A stretch of DNA of 64,000 nucleotides. Origin: an uncultured Porphyromonadaceae bacterium (GTDB taxonomy: Bacteria > Bacteroidota > Bacteroidia > Bacteroidales > UBA12481). Each line of letters begins with the position of its first letter. The first letter of the stretch is position 1. Location: contig CAYWHP010000002.1 in NCBI GenBank assembly GCA_964457845.1, positions 46,112 to 110,111 of the forward strand, in the 5' to 3' direction. The position numbers and the translations under genes are program-made. This document shows positions 29,882 to 38,993 of this stretch, piece after piece. The notes below the pieces were generated by a model. The model was not told the origin of the DNA. It did no database searches and worked only from the letters and a program-made list of their open reading frames with translations.

Positions 29882-31432
29882 TTAAATGACGAATTTCTCA
29901 CCGGCCTGGTCGAGGAATTCGTAGTTAAGGATTCCCAGATTGGGATCAGCCTTGATTTTTAGCCAGTTCTTGTTCTTGAACGACCATTTCATCCGTATCG
30001 AAGGAAAACCATGGAGCAAGTATGCTGCAAGGTACGGATGGGCTTTCAGTGTCAACTTCTGTTTCGGAAACTTGTCAAGAATATAAAGGAACTGATTCAG
30101 GACCTGATCGAGCAATAGTATGCTTGGGGTAACTTCGCCGGTTCCGCTGCAGGTTGGGCATGTTTCCATGATCTGAACATCCATTTCAGGTCTGACGCGC
30201 TGGCGCGTAATCTGAATAAGGCCGAACTTGCTGATTGGTAAAATGTGATGCTTTGCCCGATCTGCCTTCATCGCTTCTTTCATCCTGTCGAAAACCTTTT
30301 GACGGTTATCGGCCTTCACCATATCAATAAAGTCGACCACAATAATGCCGCCCATATCCCTTAGCCGTAATTGTCTGGCGATTTCATCGGCTGCTGATAA
30401 GTTAACATCCAGCGCATTGGTTTCCTGGTCATTGGCGGATTGCGACCGGTTGCCACTGTTGACATCGATGACATGAAGAGCTTCTGTATGCTCGATGATC
30501 AGATAGGCACCGCTTTTGTAGGAGACGGTCTTTCCGAATAGCGACTTTATCTGCTTATCGATGCCGAAGTGTTCAAATATCGGCGTATTACCGGAATAAT
30601 ACTTAACGATCTTTTGCTTCTCTGGGGCGATGGTTACAATAAAGTCACGAATCTCCCTGAAAAGGGATTGATCATTAACAGAGATACTGTTGAATGATGG
30701 ATTGAGAATGTCTCGAAGGATTGCCGAAGTCCGGTTTAATTCACCAAGGACCAGCGATGGCGGCTCCACTGATTTGATATCCTGAAAAATGGATTCCCAT
30801 CTTTCTACAAGGGACTTCAATTCAGCATCAAGAACAGCAACTTTACGTTCCTTGGCAACGGTACGAACGATGACACCGTAATTTTTAGGCTTGATGGACA
30901 GGATAAGCCTCTTCAATCTGTCGCGCTCTTCTTCAGACTTGATTTTGGTAGACACAGATACCTTGTCGGAAAAAGGCAGGAGAACAAGGTTTCGTCCGGC
31001 GAGGGAAATCTCACTGGTTAAGCGGGGTCCTTTTGAAGCGATCGGTTCTTTTGCCACCTGCACAAGGATAATCTGCCCGGCCTTCATCAGGTTGGCAATT
31101 TTCCCATGCTTATCGATATCCGGATCCGTTTTAAACTTATCAAGGATAGGGACCCTGGTTTTACGATTCAGAGCCTGGTCCAGATATTTATTAAGAGATT
31201 GGAACTGGGGGCCCAGGTCAAGATAATGCAGAAAGGCATCCTTCTCGTAACCTACATCTACGAAAGCAGCATTCAGTCCCGGCATGATCTTCTTAACCTT
31301 ACCAAGATAGATGTCTCCTACCGAAAACTGTATGTTTGATTTCTCCTTGTTTAGTTCGACCAGCTTTTTTTCTTCCAGAAGAGCGATAGCTATTTCGCTT
31401 GTGCTGGCATCGATAATCAATTCATTACTCAC
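29882..31432 (-). CDS. rng: Ribonuclease G/E family (Rne/Rng)
   Basis: 516 aa. S1 domain GDIYLGKVKKIMPGLNAAFVDVG and catalytic region IVVDFIDM. The start codon is GTG. Confidence 0.88.
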   Translation of the reverse strand: MSNELIIDASTSEIAIALLEEKKLVELNKEKSNIQFSVGDIYLGKVKKIMPGLNAAFVDVGYEKDAFLHYLDLGPQFQSLNKYLDQALNRKTRVPILDKFKTDPDIDKHGKIANLMKAGQIILVQVAKEPIASKGPRLTSEISLAGRNLVLLPFSDKVSVSTKIKSEEERDRLKRLILSIKPKNYGVIVRTVAKERKVAVLDAELKSLVERWESIFQDIKSVEPPSLVLGELNRTSAILRDILNPSFNSISVNDQSLFREIRDFIVTIAPEKQKIVKYYSGNTPIFEHFGIDKQIKSLFGKTVSYKSGAYLIIEHTEALHVIDVNSGNRSQSANDQETNALDVNLSAADEIARQLRLRDMGGIIVVDFIDMVKADNRQKVFDRMKEAMKADRAKHHILPISKFGLIQITRQRVRPEMDVQIMETCPTCSGTGEVTPSILLLDQVLNQFLYILDKFPKQKLTLKAHPYLAAYLLHGFPSIRMKWSFKNKNWLKIKADPNLGILNYEFLDQAGEKFVI

Positions 31433-31488
31433 AACTCTTTAGGACTTTGGGGAGAGGCGTAAATGTAAATAATGCCTTTGCAATAAAC

Positions 31489-31525
31489 AGCATAAACCTA
31501 AAGAGATGCTCCTTAGGTTTATGCT
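31489..31525 (-). terminator. Perfect 13-bp hairpin downstream of the small basic ORF (terminator or RNA-processing element)
   Basis: agcataaacctaa (31489..31501) pairs with ttaggtttatgct (31513..31525) around an 11-nt loop. The trailing U-run on the minus strand is weak. Confidence 0.4.
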
Positions 31526-31544
31526 AGATAAAATCATTGAAAGA

Positions 31545-31637
31545 CTATTTCTTTTTCTTATGGCGGTTTTTGCGCAAGCGCTTTTTGCGCTTGTGCGTTG
31601 CCATCTTATGTCTTTTGCGTTTTTTTCCGCTTGGCAT
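31545..31637 (-). CDS. 30-aa polybasic peptide, possible bS22/mS38-like small ribosomal protein (absent from the supplied ORF track)
   Basis: ATG (complement of 31635..31637) to TAG gives MPSGKKRKRHKMATHKRKKRLRKNRHKKKK. It is 18/30 Lys/Arg, lies 26 nt downstream of hup on the same strand, and is followed by a hairpin. Confidence 0.55.
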   Translation of the reverse strand: MPSGKKRKRHKMATHKRKKRLRKNRHKKKK

Positions 31638-31663
31638 GATAAACTCAATTTATGGATATGGAA

Positions 31664-31957
31664 CTACTTCTTCTTTCTAACCTGATCCTTAACCTTGGCA
31701 ACAAATGTTTTGGCCGGTTTGAATGCAGGGATAAAATGCTGCGGAATAATAATGGTAGTATTCTTTGAAATGTTCCGGGCAGTTTTTTCGGCCCTTTTCT
31801 TAACGATAAAACTACCAAATCCCCTCAGATATACGTTATTACCATTTACCAGGGAGGTTTTCACAGTACCCATAAAGGCTTCAACCGTCTTCTGGACAGC
31901 AACTTTTTCAATACCTGTGTTCTTGCTGATTTCGTTTACAATGTCTGCTTTAGTCAT
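31664..31957 (-). CDS. hup: HU-family DNA-binding protein
   Basis: MTKADIVNEISKNTGIEKVAVQKTVEAFM...GFGSFIVKKRAEKTARNI. The track start at 31981 is a TTG adding MIIKVFIA; I prefer ATG 31957. Confidence 0.92.
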   Translation of the reverse strand: MTKADIVNEISKNTGIEKVAVQKTVEAFMGTVKTSLVNGNNVYLRGFGSFIVKKRAEKTARNISKNTTIIIPQHFIPAFKPAKTFVAKVKDQVRKKK

Positions 31958-31999
31958 CGCTATAAATACTTTAATTATCAACTAATTACAATCGCTCGC

Positions 32000-32007
32000 A
32001 AATATAT
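32000..32007 (-). promoter_or_regulatory. Candidate -7 promoter box TAtaTTTG for hup
   Basis: Plus-strand caaatata, 43 nt upstream of ATG 31957. Confidence 0.4.
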
Positions 32008-32179
32008 ATCTTTTTCTGATAATTTGTTTCGATTGAAAAATATTTTTTCTTTTTTTTCCATTGGCCTGTCAAACATGCATATATATATGGTGTAATGCGA
32101 TTCGGACGGCCGCCGGGCGCAGAGCGTTTTGTAACTTGGGAATAGTTAGTATTTTTATAACCAATTAATCTTTAATCAA

Positions 32180-32623
32180 ATGTCTGTAAATAAAGCAATT
32201 CTGGTGGGAAATGTAGGCAAGGATCCTGAGATCCGGCATCTTGAAGGGGGCGTTTCGCTCGCGCGTTTTACGCTGGCCACTTCGGAAACCTACCGTAACA
32301 AGGCCGGTGAGTTGGTTAAAACTACCGAGTGGCACAATATTGTGGCATGGCGTCAGCTTTCCGATCTCGCAGAGAAGTATATCCGCAAGGGCAGTCAGCT
32401 TTACGTTGAAGGAAGGATCACCAACCGGCAGTATGATGACAAGGAAGGGGTTAAGCATTATACCAATGAGATTGTTGCCGATACTATTCGTTTACTCGGG
32501 CGTAAAGACGACACTTACACACCGCCGCCTGTTCCGCCTGAAACAAGAAATCCTTCGGTCCCTCCGCCGGCACAACCTGATGCCTCGGAACCTGCCGTTG
32601 ATGGCGATGACCTGCCATTTTAG
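32180..32623 (+). CDS. ssb: Single-stranded DNA-binding protein
   Basis: MSVNKAILVGNVGKDPEIR...TEWHNIVAW (OB fold), a Pro-rich linker and the acidic tip DGDDLPF. Confidence 0.95.
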   Translation: MSVNKAILVGNVGKDPEIRHLEGGVSLARFTLATSETYRNKAGELVKTTEWHNIVAWRQLSDLAEKYIRKGSQLYVEGRITNRQYDDKEGVKHYTNEIVADTIRLLGRKDDTYTPPPVPPETRNPSVPPPAQPDASEPAVDGDDLPF

Positions 32624-32688
32624 CTTTTAAGTTGATAGGGTTTTAACCTCACTCTTGTCATTTTGATAATTGTCAAACTGATGCTGTC

Positions 32689-32730
32689 GGCAGCTTCTGC
32701 ATCGCATCCCGGAGCAGAAGCTGCCTTTTT
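32689..32730 (+). terminator. Rho-independent terminator after ssb
   Basis: 12-bp perfect stem ggcagcttctgc / gcagaagctgcc, 13-nt loop, then TTTTT. Confidence 0.7.
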
Positions 32731-32891
32731 CCCACTTGCTCCCGATGGTCATGGAGGGGCAAAGCGAGGGATTTTTATAACCGATGAAATGAAGATCATT
32801 CTGCGAATGTCACCTTCCACCTTTGGACCTGACATTTTTCAACTCAGCGAGTGCTTGCCAAATGGGGATCAAAAAGAATGGAGAAGTCAGC

Positions 32892-33497
32892 ATGAAGCAT
32901 GTTAACTTGATTTGTACTGTTTGCATCGGGGTATTTTTTTTCTTTGCCTGCAGCCCGGATTTTACCCCCAAGCCCCGCGGATATTACCGGATTGATCTTC
33001 CGGAAACGGAATATCAGTTGCTGGAAGGGGAATACCCATATACATTTCAGTATCCCAAATATGCTACGATCAATGCCTACAAAGGGATGTGGGAGAAAAC
33101 CGATACATCAGGTTATTGGATCAATATTGAGCTGCCTTTGTTCAGGAGCCGTATTCATTTGACTTATAAGGCGATTCACGGCAACCTTGCCAGGATGGTT
33201 GATGATGCCCACACCTTTGCATACAAGCATAGTGTAAAAGCGGATGCCATAGTTCAATCGGAATACCGGGATAGTTTATCCGCAGTATACGGGGTACTTT
33301 TTGATATTAAAGGAAATACTGCGTCATCCATACAGTTCTATGCCACTGATAGTACTGCGAATTTCCTGAGAGGCGCCCTATATTTTGATTGTGAGCCCAA
33401 TAAAGACTCCCTGGCTCCAGTGCAGGAGTTCCTTCGTAAGGATATTATCAGGCTGGTGCAAACTCTACGCTGGAAAACTTTAAAACATGATTCTTAA
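32892..33497 (+). CDS. gldD: Gliding-motility lipoprotein GldD-like
   Basis: From ATG 32892: MKHVNLICTVCIGVFFFFAC|SPDFTPKPRGYYRIDLPE (lipoprotein signal with Cys). Size is about 200 aa, and the position downstream of ssb matches the F. johnsoniae ssb-gldE-gldD region. Family assignment is from memory, not a search. Confidence 0.55.
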   Translation: MKHVNLICTVCIGVFFFFACSPDFTPKPRGYYRIDLPETEYQLLEGEYPYTFQYPKYATINAYKGMWEKTDTSGYWINIELPLFRSRIHLTYKAIHGNLARMVDDAHTFAYKHSVKADAIVQSEYRDSLSAVYGVLFDIKGNTASSIQFYATDSTANFLRGALYFDCEPNKDSLAPVQEFLRKDIIRLVQTLRWKTLKHDS

Positions 33498-34221
33498 TCA
33501 ACTAACAACCATTAAGGGAGGCAGGAAGGCATTCATTTGGCTTGTAGATCCTGATAAATGCCCAGCTTGCCACCTGGAGTCCCAAACTTTGCTCGCAGAC
33601 AGGGTTGGTGTTGATCTTGTCTTTACGGGTGGTAGTTTGGTATACCATTCACTTGATTCGATCATACTAAGGATTAAGGAGCTGACGGATATCCCGGTCG
33701 TTCTGTTTCCAGGGTCTCCTCTTCAGCTTAGCCGGCATGCCGACGGCATTCTTTTGTTATCGCTTATATCTGGCAGAAATGCAGAATACCTGATCGGCAA
33801 CCACGTGATCGCCGCGCCGTTCATAAAGGGTTCAGGCCTGAAGATCATCCCGACAGGTTATATTCTGGTAGACGGCGGATGCGAAACGTCGGTTTCCTAT
33901 ATGAGCAACAGCCGGCCAATTCCTGCAGATAAACCAGATATCGCAGTAGCCACAGCAATGGCCGGTGAGATGCTCGGCCTGAAGGTTTTGTACATGGACG
34001 CCGGAAGTGGTGCCATCAATCGAATCCCGCCAAAAATGATTGAAGCGGTGGCTTCAGAAATCAGTATTCCACTGATAATAGGGGGAGGATTACGAACGCC
34101 GTCGGATATCAGGGAGGCTTATGCCGCCGGTGCTGACGCAGTGGTTGTCGGAAATGCCGCCGAAGCTGGTCTTTTCGATCTGGGGCAACTGGTTGCTGTA
34201 CGCGACAGTTTTAATACTTGA
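33487..34221 (+). CDS. Geranylgeranylglyceryl/heptaprenylglyceryl phosphate synthase family protein (GGGPS/PcrB)
   Basis: 244 aa TIM-barrel pattern: WLVDPDK, FTGGSL, VLFPG and GGGLRTPSDIREAYAAGADAVVVGNA (phosphate-binding C-terminus). Overlaps the gldD 3' end by 11 nt. Confidence 0.7.
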   Translation: MILNQLTTIKGGRKAFIWLVDPDKCPACHLESQTLLADRVGVDLVFTGGSLVYHSLDSIILRIKELTDIPVVLFPGSPLQLSRHADGILLLSLISGRNAEYLIGNHVIAAPFIKGSGLKIIPTGYILVDGGCETSVSYMSNSRPIPADKPDIAVATAMAGEMLGLKVLYMDAGSGAINRIPPKMIEAVASEISIPLIIGGGLRTPSDIREAYAAGADAVVVGNAAEAGLFDLGQLVAVRDSFNT

Positions 34222-34936
34222 CAAGCGAAAACTCGAGGCCGACGGTCAGGCGCGGAAGATCATACATCCATATAGGCTTGAGCATATCAGATAATCTGTA
34301 CGCTACGACCATACTGAATTTATCAAAACCAAGCCTGCCAATAGCCTGCCAGAGTACAGGGTGGTAATCACGCAGGGTTGACCTTGATGTAATTTCGGAA
34401 TAAACTCCATCCTGCTGGGGATCACCGGGGCCATACCGGGTAATGAATGAGCCAGTAACAGGCAGTTGGGTGGACAACCCAACTTCGAGGTAGTTTCCCA
34501 GATAATTGCCTTTCTGGCCAAACCTAAACCGAAGGCCGATGGTACCCGATAAACCATGGATCTTTATTGAGCTGGAGGGATTGGAAAGCGAATCCCAATT
34601 GGGGGTAGTTTCATGTTCACGGATCCGGTAATTCATACTCCATATACTGCCATCTGCAACAAAGGCTAAAGGCTTTGCCAATCTGAGCTTATACCGCAGC
34701 CCACCTGCGAGGCTGATGGATCCGGGCATATTAATCTTAATTGCTTCATCCGGAGCGGACATGATTAAGGAAGCCGACAAAAACGGGTGGACAAAAGTTC
34801 GCCGGTTTGGACCAAAGTTCGAAACCTTGTTCTCAGGGGCAACCTGTCTTTCAAATATCAATTCTTGCGCAGGCAATAAACCCGGCATCAAGATAAGCAG
34901 CAGCAAGGCCAGCCTGGCTATTGGTTTAGTGTCCAT
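34211..34936 (-). CDS. Hypothetical exported protein, probable outer-membrane beta-barrel
   Basis: Signal peptide LALLLLILMPGLLPAQE, alternating beta-strand-like pattern, C-terminal ...GLEFSLVKY. Its start overlaps the S8 peptidase stop region by 19 nt. Confidence 0.45.
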   Translation of the reverse strand: MDTKPIARLALLLLILMPGLLPAQELIFERQVAPENKVSNFGPNRRTFVHPFLSASLIMSAPDEAIKINMPGSISLAGGLRYKLRLAKPLAFVADGSIWSMNYRIREHETTPNWDSLSNPSSSIKIHGLSGTIGLRFRFGQKGNYLGNYLEVGLSTQLPVTGSFITRYGPGDPQQDGVYSEITSRSTLRDYHPVLWQAIGRLGFDKFSMVVAYRLSDMLKPIWMYDLPRLTVGLEFSLVKY

Positions 34937-36168
34937 TCGGCTGTAATACTTTTATAACTGCAGCGGAAAATATCGCCCGGGCTGATTCCATCGCTGCTTA
35001 TATCAATCCGGATCAAATCATTTACCCTGTATACGCCATATCTGATCAATCGTCCCGAAGGTTTACTGAAATGATAATACAGGTAGTTTTCGGGAAATGG
35101 TTCATTGCCTTTTTCACCCCGACTGGGAAGATCAATCGTGAGTGAACCATTTCCTTCAACGATGCCGATCGCCTGCCCTGTTGGCTCATCACCGGTGCGA
35201 AGTATACGAGTTGCCTTCGGAATCCCGAAGCCATGGCTGTAATCGTAAAATGGATAAAGATTTCCTGATTTTTGAATCAGACCAATGATTTCCTGGGCAT
35301 TGAGCGTTGGGTATAGCTGCCAGACACACGCCGCGAATCCGGCAACCAGAGGAGAAGAAAAGGAAGTTCCTTCCACGATACGGGTGCCATTTTTACCGTA
35401 TGGCACGACAACTATTCCCGGGGCAGTAACATTTGGTTTGAGGCGGCTGTCAGAAGTAGGTCCCACTGAACTGAATGAAGCCGTCAATCCGGTGGCGGGA
35501 TCAATCGCCCCGACACTCAGTATCGAATCTGCATCAGCAGGAGTCACCAGCGTATTCCATTTGGTGGTTCCTTCATTCCCATTGCAATTAACGACCAGGA
35601 TTCCCCTGGCTGCGGCTCGTGCGGCCGCGCGGGCGGCAATGCTATGATTACCGTCGAGGTCTTCAGGAAAGTAGCGCTGGTAGGTATAACCTAACGATGA
35701 TTGGATGATGTTTGCTCCGTTTTCAATAGCCCAGTCAACGGCTTTAGCCCAGTTGATCTCCTCACTGAGTGGCTCACCAGCCTGCTCGGTGAGGGCCAGA
35801 AGGAATTCAGCATCTGTGGCGAGTCCCATGTTCCTGCCATCCAAAACCCCGGCAATACAGGCAAGAACCTCGGTGCCATGAGAGACTCCTGAATATACAT
35901 CCTCCTTGTTTTTTACAAAGTTCCAGGTGGCCTTTATCCGGTTATTGGCAATCAGGGCTCTGAAAGCGGGATGGCTTTGCACACCAGGAAAGCCGCCATC
36001 TAACACGGCAATCCGAATGCCCTTCCCGGTAATCCCTTTTTCTATAAAGCTCTTACCCTGAAGATTAGCAATCTGAGCATCCCAAATCTGGTTTGTCTTA
36101 TTGTTTCTGTTGTCATCAAAGCTGAAAACCATGAACAACCCGGCTATTATAACGAGGATCTTGTTCAT
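34918..36168 (-). CDS. S8-family (subtilisin-like) serine peptidase, secreted
   Basis: Catalytic triad contexts IAVLDGGF (Asp), SHGTEVLACIAG (His) and GTSFSSPLVAG (Ser). Signal peptide from ATG 36168 (MNKILVIIAGLFMVFS). The alternative upstream start at 36207 abuts the phosphatase stop. Confidence 0.85.
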   Translation of the reverse strand: MNKILVIIAGLFMVFSFDDNRNNKTNQIWDAQIANLQGKSFIEKGITGKGIRIAVLDGGFPGVQSHPAFRALIANNRIKATWNFVKNKEDVYSGVSHGTEVLACIAGVLDGRNMGLATDAEFLLALTEQAGEPLSEEINWAKAVDWAIENGANIIQSSLGYTYQRYFPEDLDGNHSIAARAAARAAARGILVVNCNGNEGTTKWNTLVTPADADSILSVGAIDPATGLTASFSSVGPTSDSRLKPNVTAPGIVVVPYGKNGTRIVEGTSFSSPLVAGFAACVWQLYPTLNAQEIIGLIQKSGNLYPFYDYSHGFGIPKATRILRTGDEPTGQAIGIVEGNGSLTIDLPSRGEKGNEPFPENYLYYHFSKPSGRLIRYGVYRVNDLIRIDISSDGISPGDIFRCSYKSITAEWTLNQ

Positions 36169-36207
36169 TACATGGTGCCTATTATGCCTCTTGGAAACCA
36201 TTGGCAA

Positions 36208-37863
36208 CTATTTGACAAGCTCGAAGAGGAGCTTTCCCGTGGCGCCAGCTGGTGGCGATATGCTTATGAAATGGGCAATCGTAGGGGCAATATCAAGGAG
36301 GGTTACGGGACGGTTAATGGTTTGCCGGGGAGTTTTCCAACCATACCATACCATCGGGACGTGCGTATCATAGGTATAAGGAGAGCGGGAATCACTGTCC
36401 GAGTTTTCCTCTTCAATCCAACCGGGTTGCAGGATGAGCAGCAGGTCACCGGTTCTGTCGGGATGGTAGGAATTCTGCACCATCTCCCCCCATGGACTGG
36501 TAACCTGGCCGGTCATCAGCCGGTCGGACGAAACAGCTCTGGCAACACCATCGAAATGGGTAAGGAATCGGGATGCCTGGTCCTGAATGAGCGTAAAGTT
36601 TATCTTTTGCTGGTCGATCAGTGTTTCATTAAGATATACCTGGTGGTTTACATAGTTTTCCACCCAGGCCCCTTCTCCGTAAATGGCACTCAAATAGGAA
36701 TTCAACAGTGTCATAGCATTCCGGTAGCGAAAGGAGCCACCGGGGAGATTGAGTGCCCTGCTGTAATCAGGATCCATGCAGGATCCGTGTGTTGAGGTAA
36801 GAACAATCAGGGCTTTGTCCTTTCCAACGGTTTCTTCAATCTGGTAAAGCAGTCTCTGTAAATCCATGTCGAGCCGGAGGAGTGCATCGGCCACCTCCCT
36901 TGAATCCGGGCCGAAAAGCCGTGTGATCTGATAAAGGGCGGTATAGCTTATCCAGAGAAGATCTGTGGCCGGATCTTTGCCAAGTCCTTCTTCGATCATT
37001 GCAGTTATCGCGAAATCTGTTGTAAGCGTATTCCCATACGGCATCATTCCAAGGATTTCATTATCCTGCCCCAGGCTCTCTTTGCGGATCCGGTTGAGTT
37101 TATAGGGAAAGGTCTTGAATTGGTTATAGTACCCTGTTTCAAGGCCATTGTCATCCGGCGGGCATCCGGAATACATGTTTTCGGCCAGCAGTAGCTCCCA
37201 ATCCCGGCTCATGTAATGGTCGGCCGAACGCCGGGCATTGAACCGGCTGACCCAGTCGGGCAGCGTATTGGCAAATTGGGAACTGGTTATCCAAAAGCCG
37301 GATGGGCTGTCGAACCAGTATGCGGAGCCGGGGATATGACCTTCAAGAAGGACGGCCGGTTCGGCGCGGAAGGATACTGAAACGACTTTCCCTTTGTAAT
37401 TGGAGGCAAGAATGAGTTGGTCGCCAATGGTATTTGCCATCAGCTGGCTCGCAGAGTGCCTGCCGTTTCCATTGGAATTGGTGCTTCCGACGGGCTTCAC
37501 AAGGAAATCCTTTGTGCAGTTAACCTGCTCCTGCCGGAGGCGATTGTACCAGTTTTCCGATACGATGCCATGGATTGCGGGTGGGGCACCAGTCGAGATG
37601 GAGGCATGGGAGGATCCGATATCGGCCAATAGATATGGGGAAGAAGCATCGGTGAAATTGGTGCCCTGTTTCATCAGTTTTTTGATGCCGCCTTCTCCGA
37701 AGAGGTTCCAGTATCGCTCTATCCAATCGTAATTCATTCCGTCCACCACAATGGCAACCACGAGCGGCGGGTGTTCGGCGAGGGCCTGTGCACGGGTTTG
37801 TCCCGGTATCCAGAGCCGGATTAGGAATAGTAGGGCAATTAAACAGAGAAATCGGCGATTCAT
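36208..37863 (-). CDS. Alkaline phosphatase / nucleotide pyrophosphatase-phosphodiesterase superfamily protein, secreted
   Basis: Signal peptide from ATG 37863 (MNRRFLCLIALLFLIRLW). VVAIVVDGMNYDW (metal-binding Asp) and SHASISTGAPPAIHGIVSENWY (NPP/AP-type HxSxxTGxxPxxHGI motif). The track start at 37938 overlaps ychF. Confidence 0.65.
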   Translation of the reverse strand: MNRRFLCLIALLFLIRLWIPGQTRAQALAEHPPLVVAIVVDGMNYDWIERYWNLFGEGGIKKLMKQGTNFTDASSPYLLADIGSSHASISTGAPPAIHGIVSENWYNRLRQEQVNCTKDFLVKPVGSTNSNGNGRHSASQLMANTIGDQLILASNYKGKVVSVSFRAEPAVLLEGHIPGSAYWFDSPSGFWITSSQFANTLPDWVSRFNARRSADHYMSRDWELLLAENMYSGCPPDDNGLETGYYNQFKTFPYKLNRIRKESLGQDNEILGMMPYGNTLTTDFAITAMIEEGLGKDPATDLLWISYTALYQITRLFGPDSREVADALLRLDMDLQRLLYQIEETVGKDKALIVLTSTHGSCMDPDYSRALNLPGGSFRYRNAMTLLNSYLSAIYGEGAWVENYVNHQVYLNETLIDQQKINFTLIQDQASRFLTHFDGVARAVSSDRLMTGQVTSPWGEMVQNSYHPDRTGDLLLILQPGWIEEENSDSDSRSPYTYDTHVPMVWYGWKTPRQTINRPVTLLDIAPTIAHFISISPPAGATGKLLFELVK

Positions 37864-37876
37864 TGGCTGCGTGTTA

Positions 37877-38974
37877 TCAGACATTAAAACGTATGTGCAG
37901 CACATCTCCGTCTTCAACGATGTAATTTTTTCCCTCAATCAGCAATTTCCCGGCATCGCGGCAGGCTGATTCGGTTTTATAGCGAATGTAATCCTTGTAT
38001 TTTATCACTTCAGCCCTTATAAACCCACGCTGCAGATCGGAATGGATAACACCGGCAGCCTCAGGAGCAGTGGCACCACGATGAATGGTCCATGCCCTGA
38101 CTTCCTTCGGCCCGGCAGTAAAGAAAACATCAAGCTTCAGGATTGAAAAGGCAGACCGTATAAGCTTGTTTACACCTGGTTCAACCAGATTAAGTTCCTC
38201 GAGAAATGCATCGCGGTCTGCCTTATCCTCAAGTTCGGCGATATCCGATTCAGCTTTTGCCGCAATGATCAGAATTTCAGCTTTTTCTTCCTGAACAGAG
38301 TTGATAAACTGATTTGAATACTGGTTGCCGGTGACGGCCGATTTTTCATCAACATTACAAACAAAGATGACAGGTTTTGCGGTAAGCAAACAGAGATCTG
38401 CCACATGTTCTTCTTCCTCGAATGTCAGGCTCATTGTCCGGACATTCTTGAAATCCTCGAGATGGGCTTTGATGGCGGATACGACTTCAAAACCGTGCTT
38501 GGCTGTCTTGTCCCCGGTTTTAGCCACCTTTTCAAGTTTCGCCAACCGCTTGTCGATAGAATCGAGGTCTTTTACCTGAAGTTCCAGATCAATCGTTTCC
38601 CGATCCCTGACTGGATTGACGGTGGTATCAATATGCGGCAGGTTAGGGTCATCAAAACAGCGGACCACGTGAATCAGCGCATCGCAGTTGCGTATGTCTG
38701 CCAGGAAGCTGTTTCCTACACCTTCCCCTTTTGAAGAACCTTTAGTCAGGCCGGGGATATCAACTATGTCCACCGTTGTGGGCATCACCCTGGCGGAATG
38801 GATAAGAGAATCGAGCATGAGCAGCCGTTCGTCGGGAACCTTTACCTGACCGAGGTTCGATTTATTGGTGCTGAAAGCAAAATTGCTGGTAGCTACCCTG
38901 GTCTCCGATACGCAATTGAAGAGTGTTGTTTTTCCGGTATTGGTGATCCCGATGATGCCGCATTTTAGTCCCAT
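37877..38974 (-). CDS. ychF: Redox-regulated ribosome-binding ATPase YchF
   Basis: 365 aa with P-loop GIIGITNTGKTTLFN. The C-terminal TGS-like region ends ...YIVEDGDVLHIRFNV. Confidence 0.92.
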   Translation of the reverse strand: MGLKCGIIGITNTGKTTLFNCVSETRVATSNFAFSTNKSNLGQVKVPDERLLMLDSLIHSARVMPTTVDIVDIPGLTKGSSKGEGVGNSFLADIRNCDALIHVVRCFDDPNLPHIDTTVNPVRDRETIDLELQVKDLDSIDKRLAKLEKVAKTGDKTAKHGFEVVSAIKAHLEDFKNVRTMSLTFEEEEHVADLCLLTAKPVIFVCNVDEKSAVTGNQYSNQFINSVQEEKAEILIIAAKAESDIAELEDKADRDAFLEELNLVEPGVNKLIRSAFSILKLDVFFTAGPKEVRAWTIHRGATAPEAAGVIHSDLQRGFIRAEVIKYKDYIRYKTESACRDAGKLLIEGKNYIVEDGDVLHIRFNV

Positions 38975-38993
38975 GAGTGATGTTGTTAGTCTG

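Noticed and set aside
32663-32905. 80-aa ORF in the ssb-gldD spacer, together with the 129-aa alternate-frame ORF 32241..32630 inside ssb.
   Set aside because: The spacer ORF reads straight through the ssb terminator hairpin and into the gldD start region, and has no plausible start context. The second is an out-of-frame reading of ssb.
35595-35640. GC-rich stretch that looked like a short tandem repeat and encodes AARAAARAAARG.
   Set aside because: It is in frame within the S8 peptidase, just upstream of the conserved ILVVNCNGNEG segment. The nucleotide units are not identical, so it is protein-level low complexity rather than a DNA repeat element.
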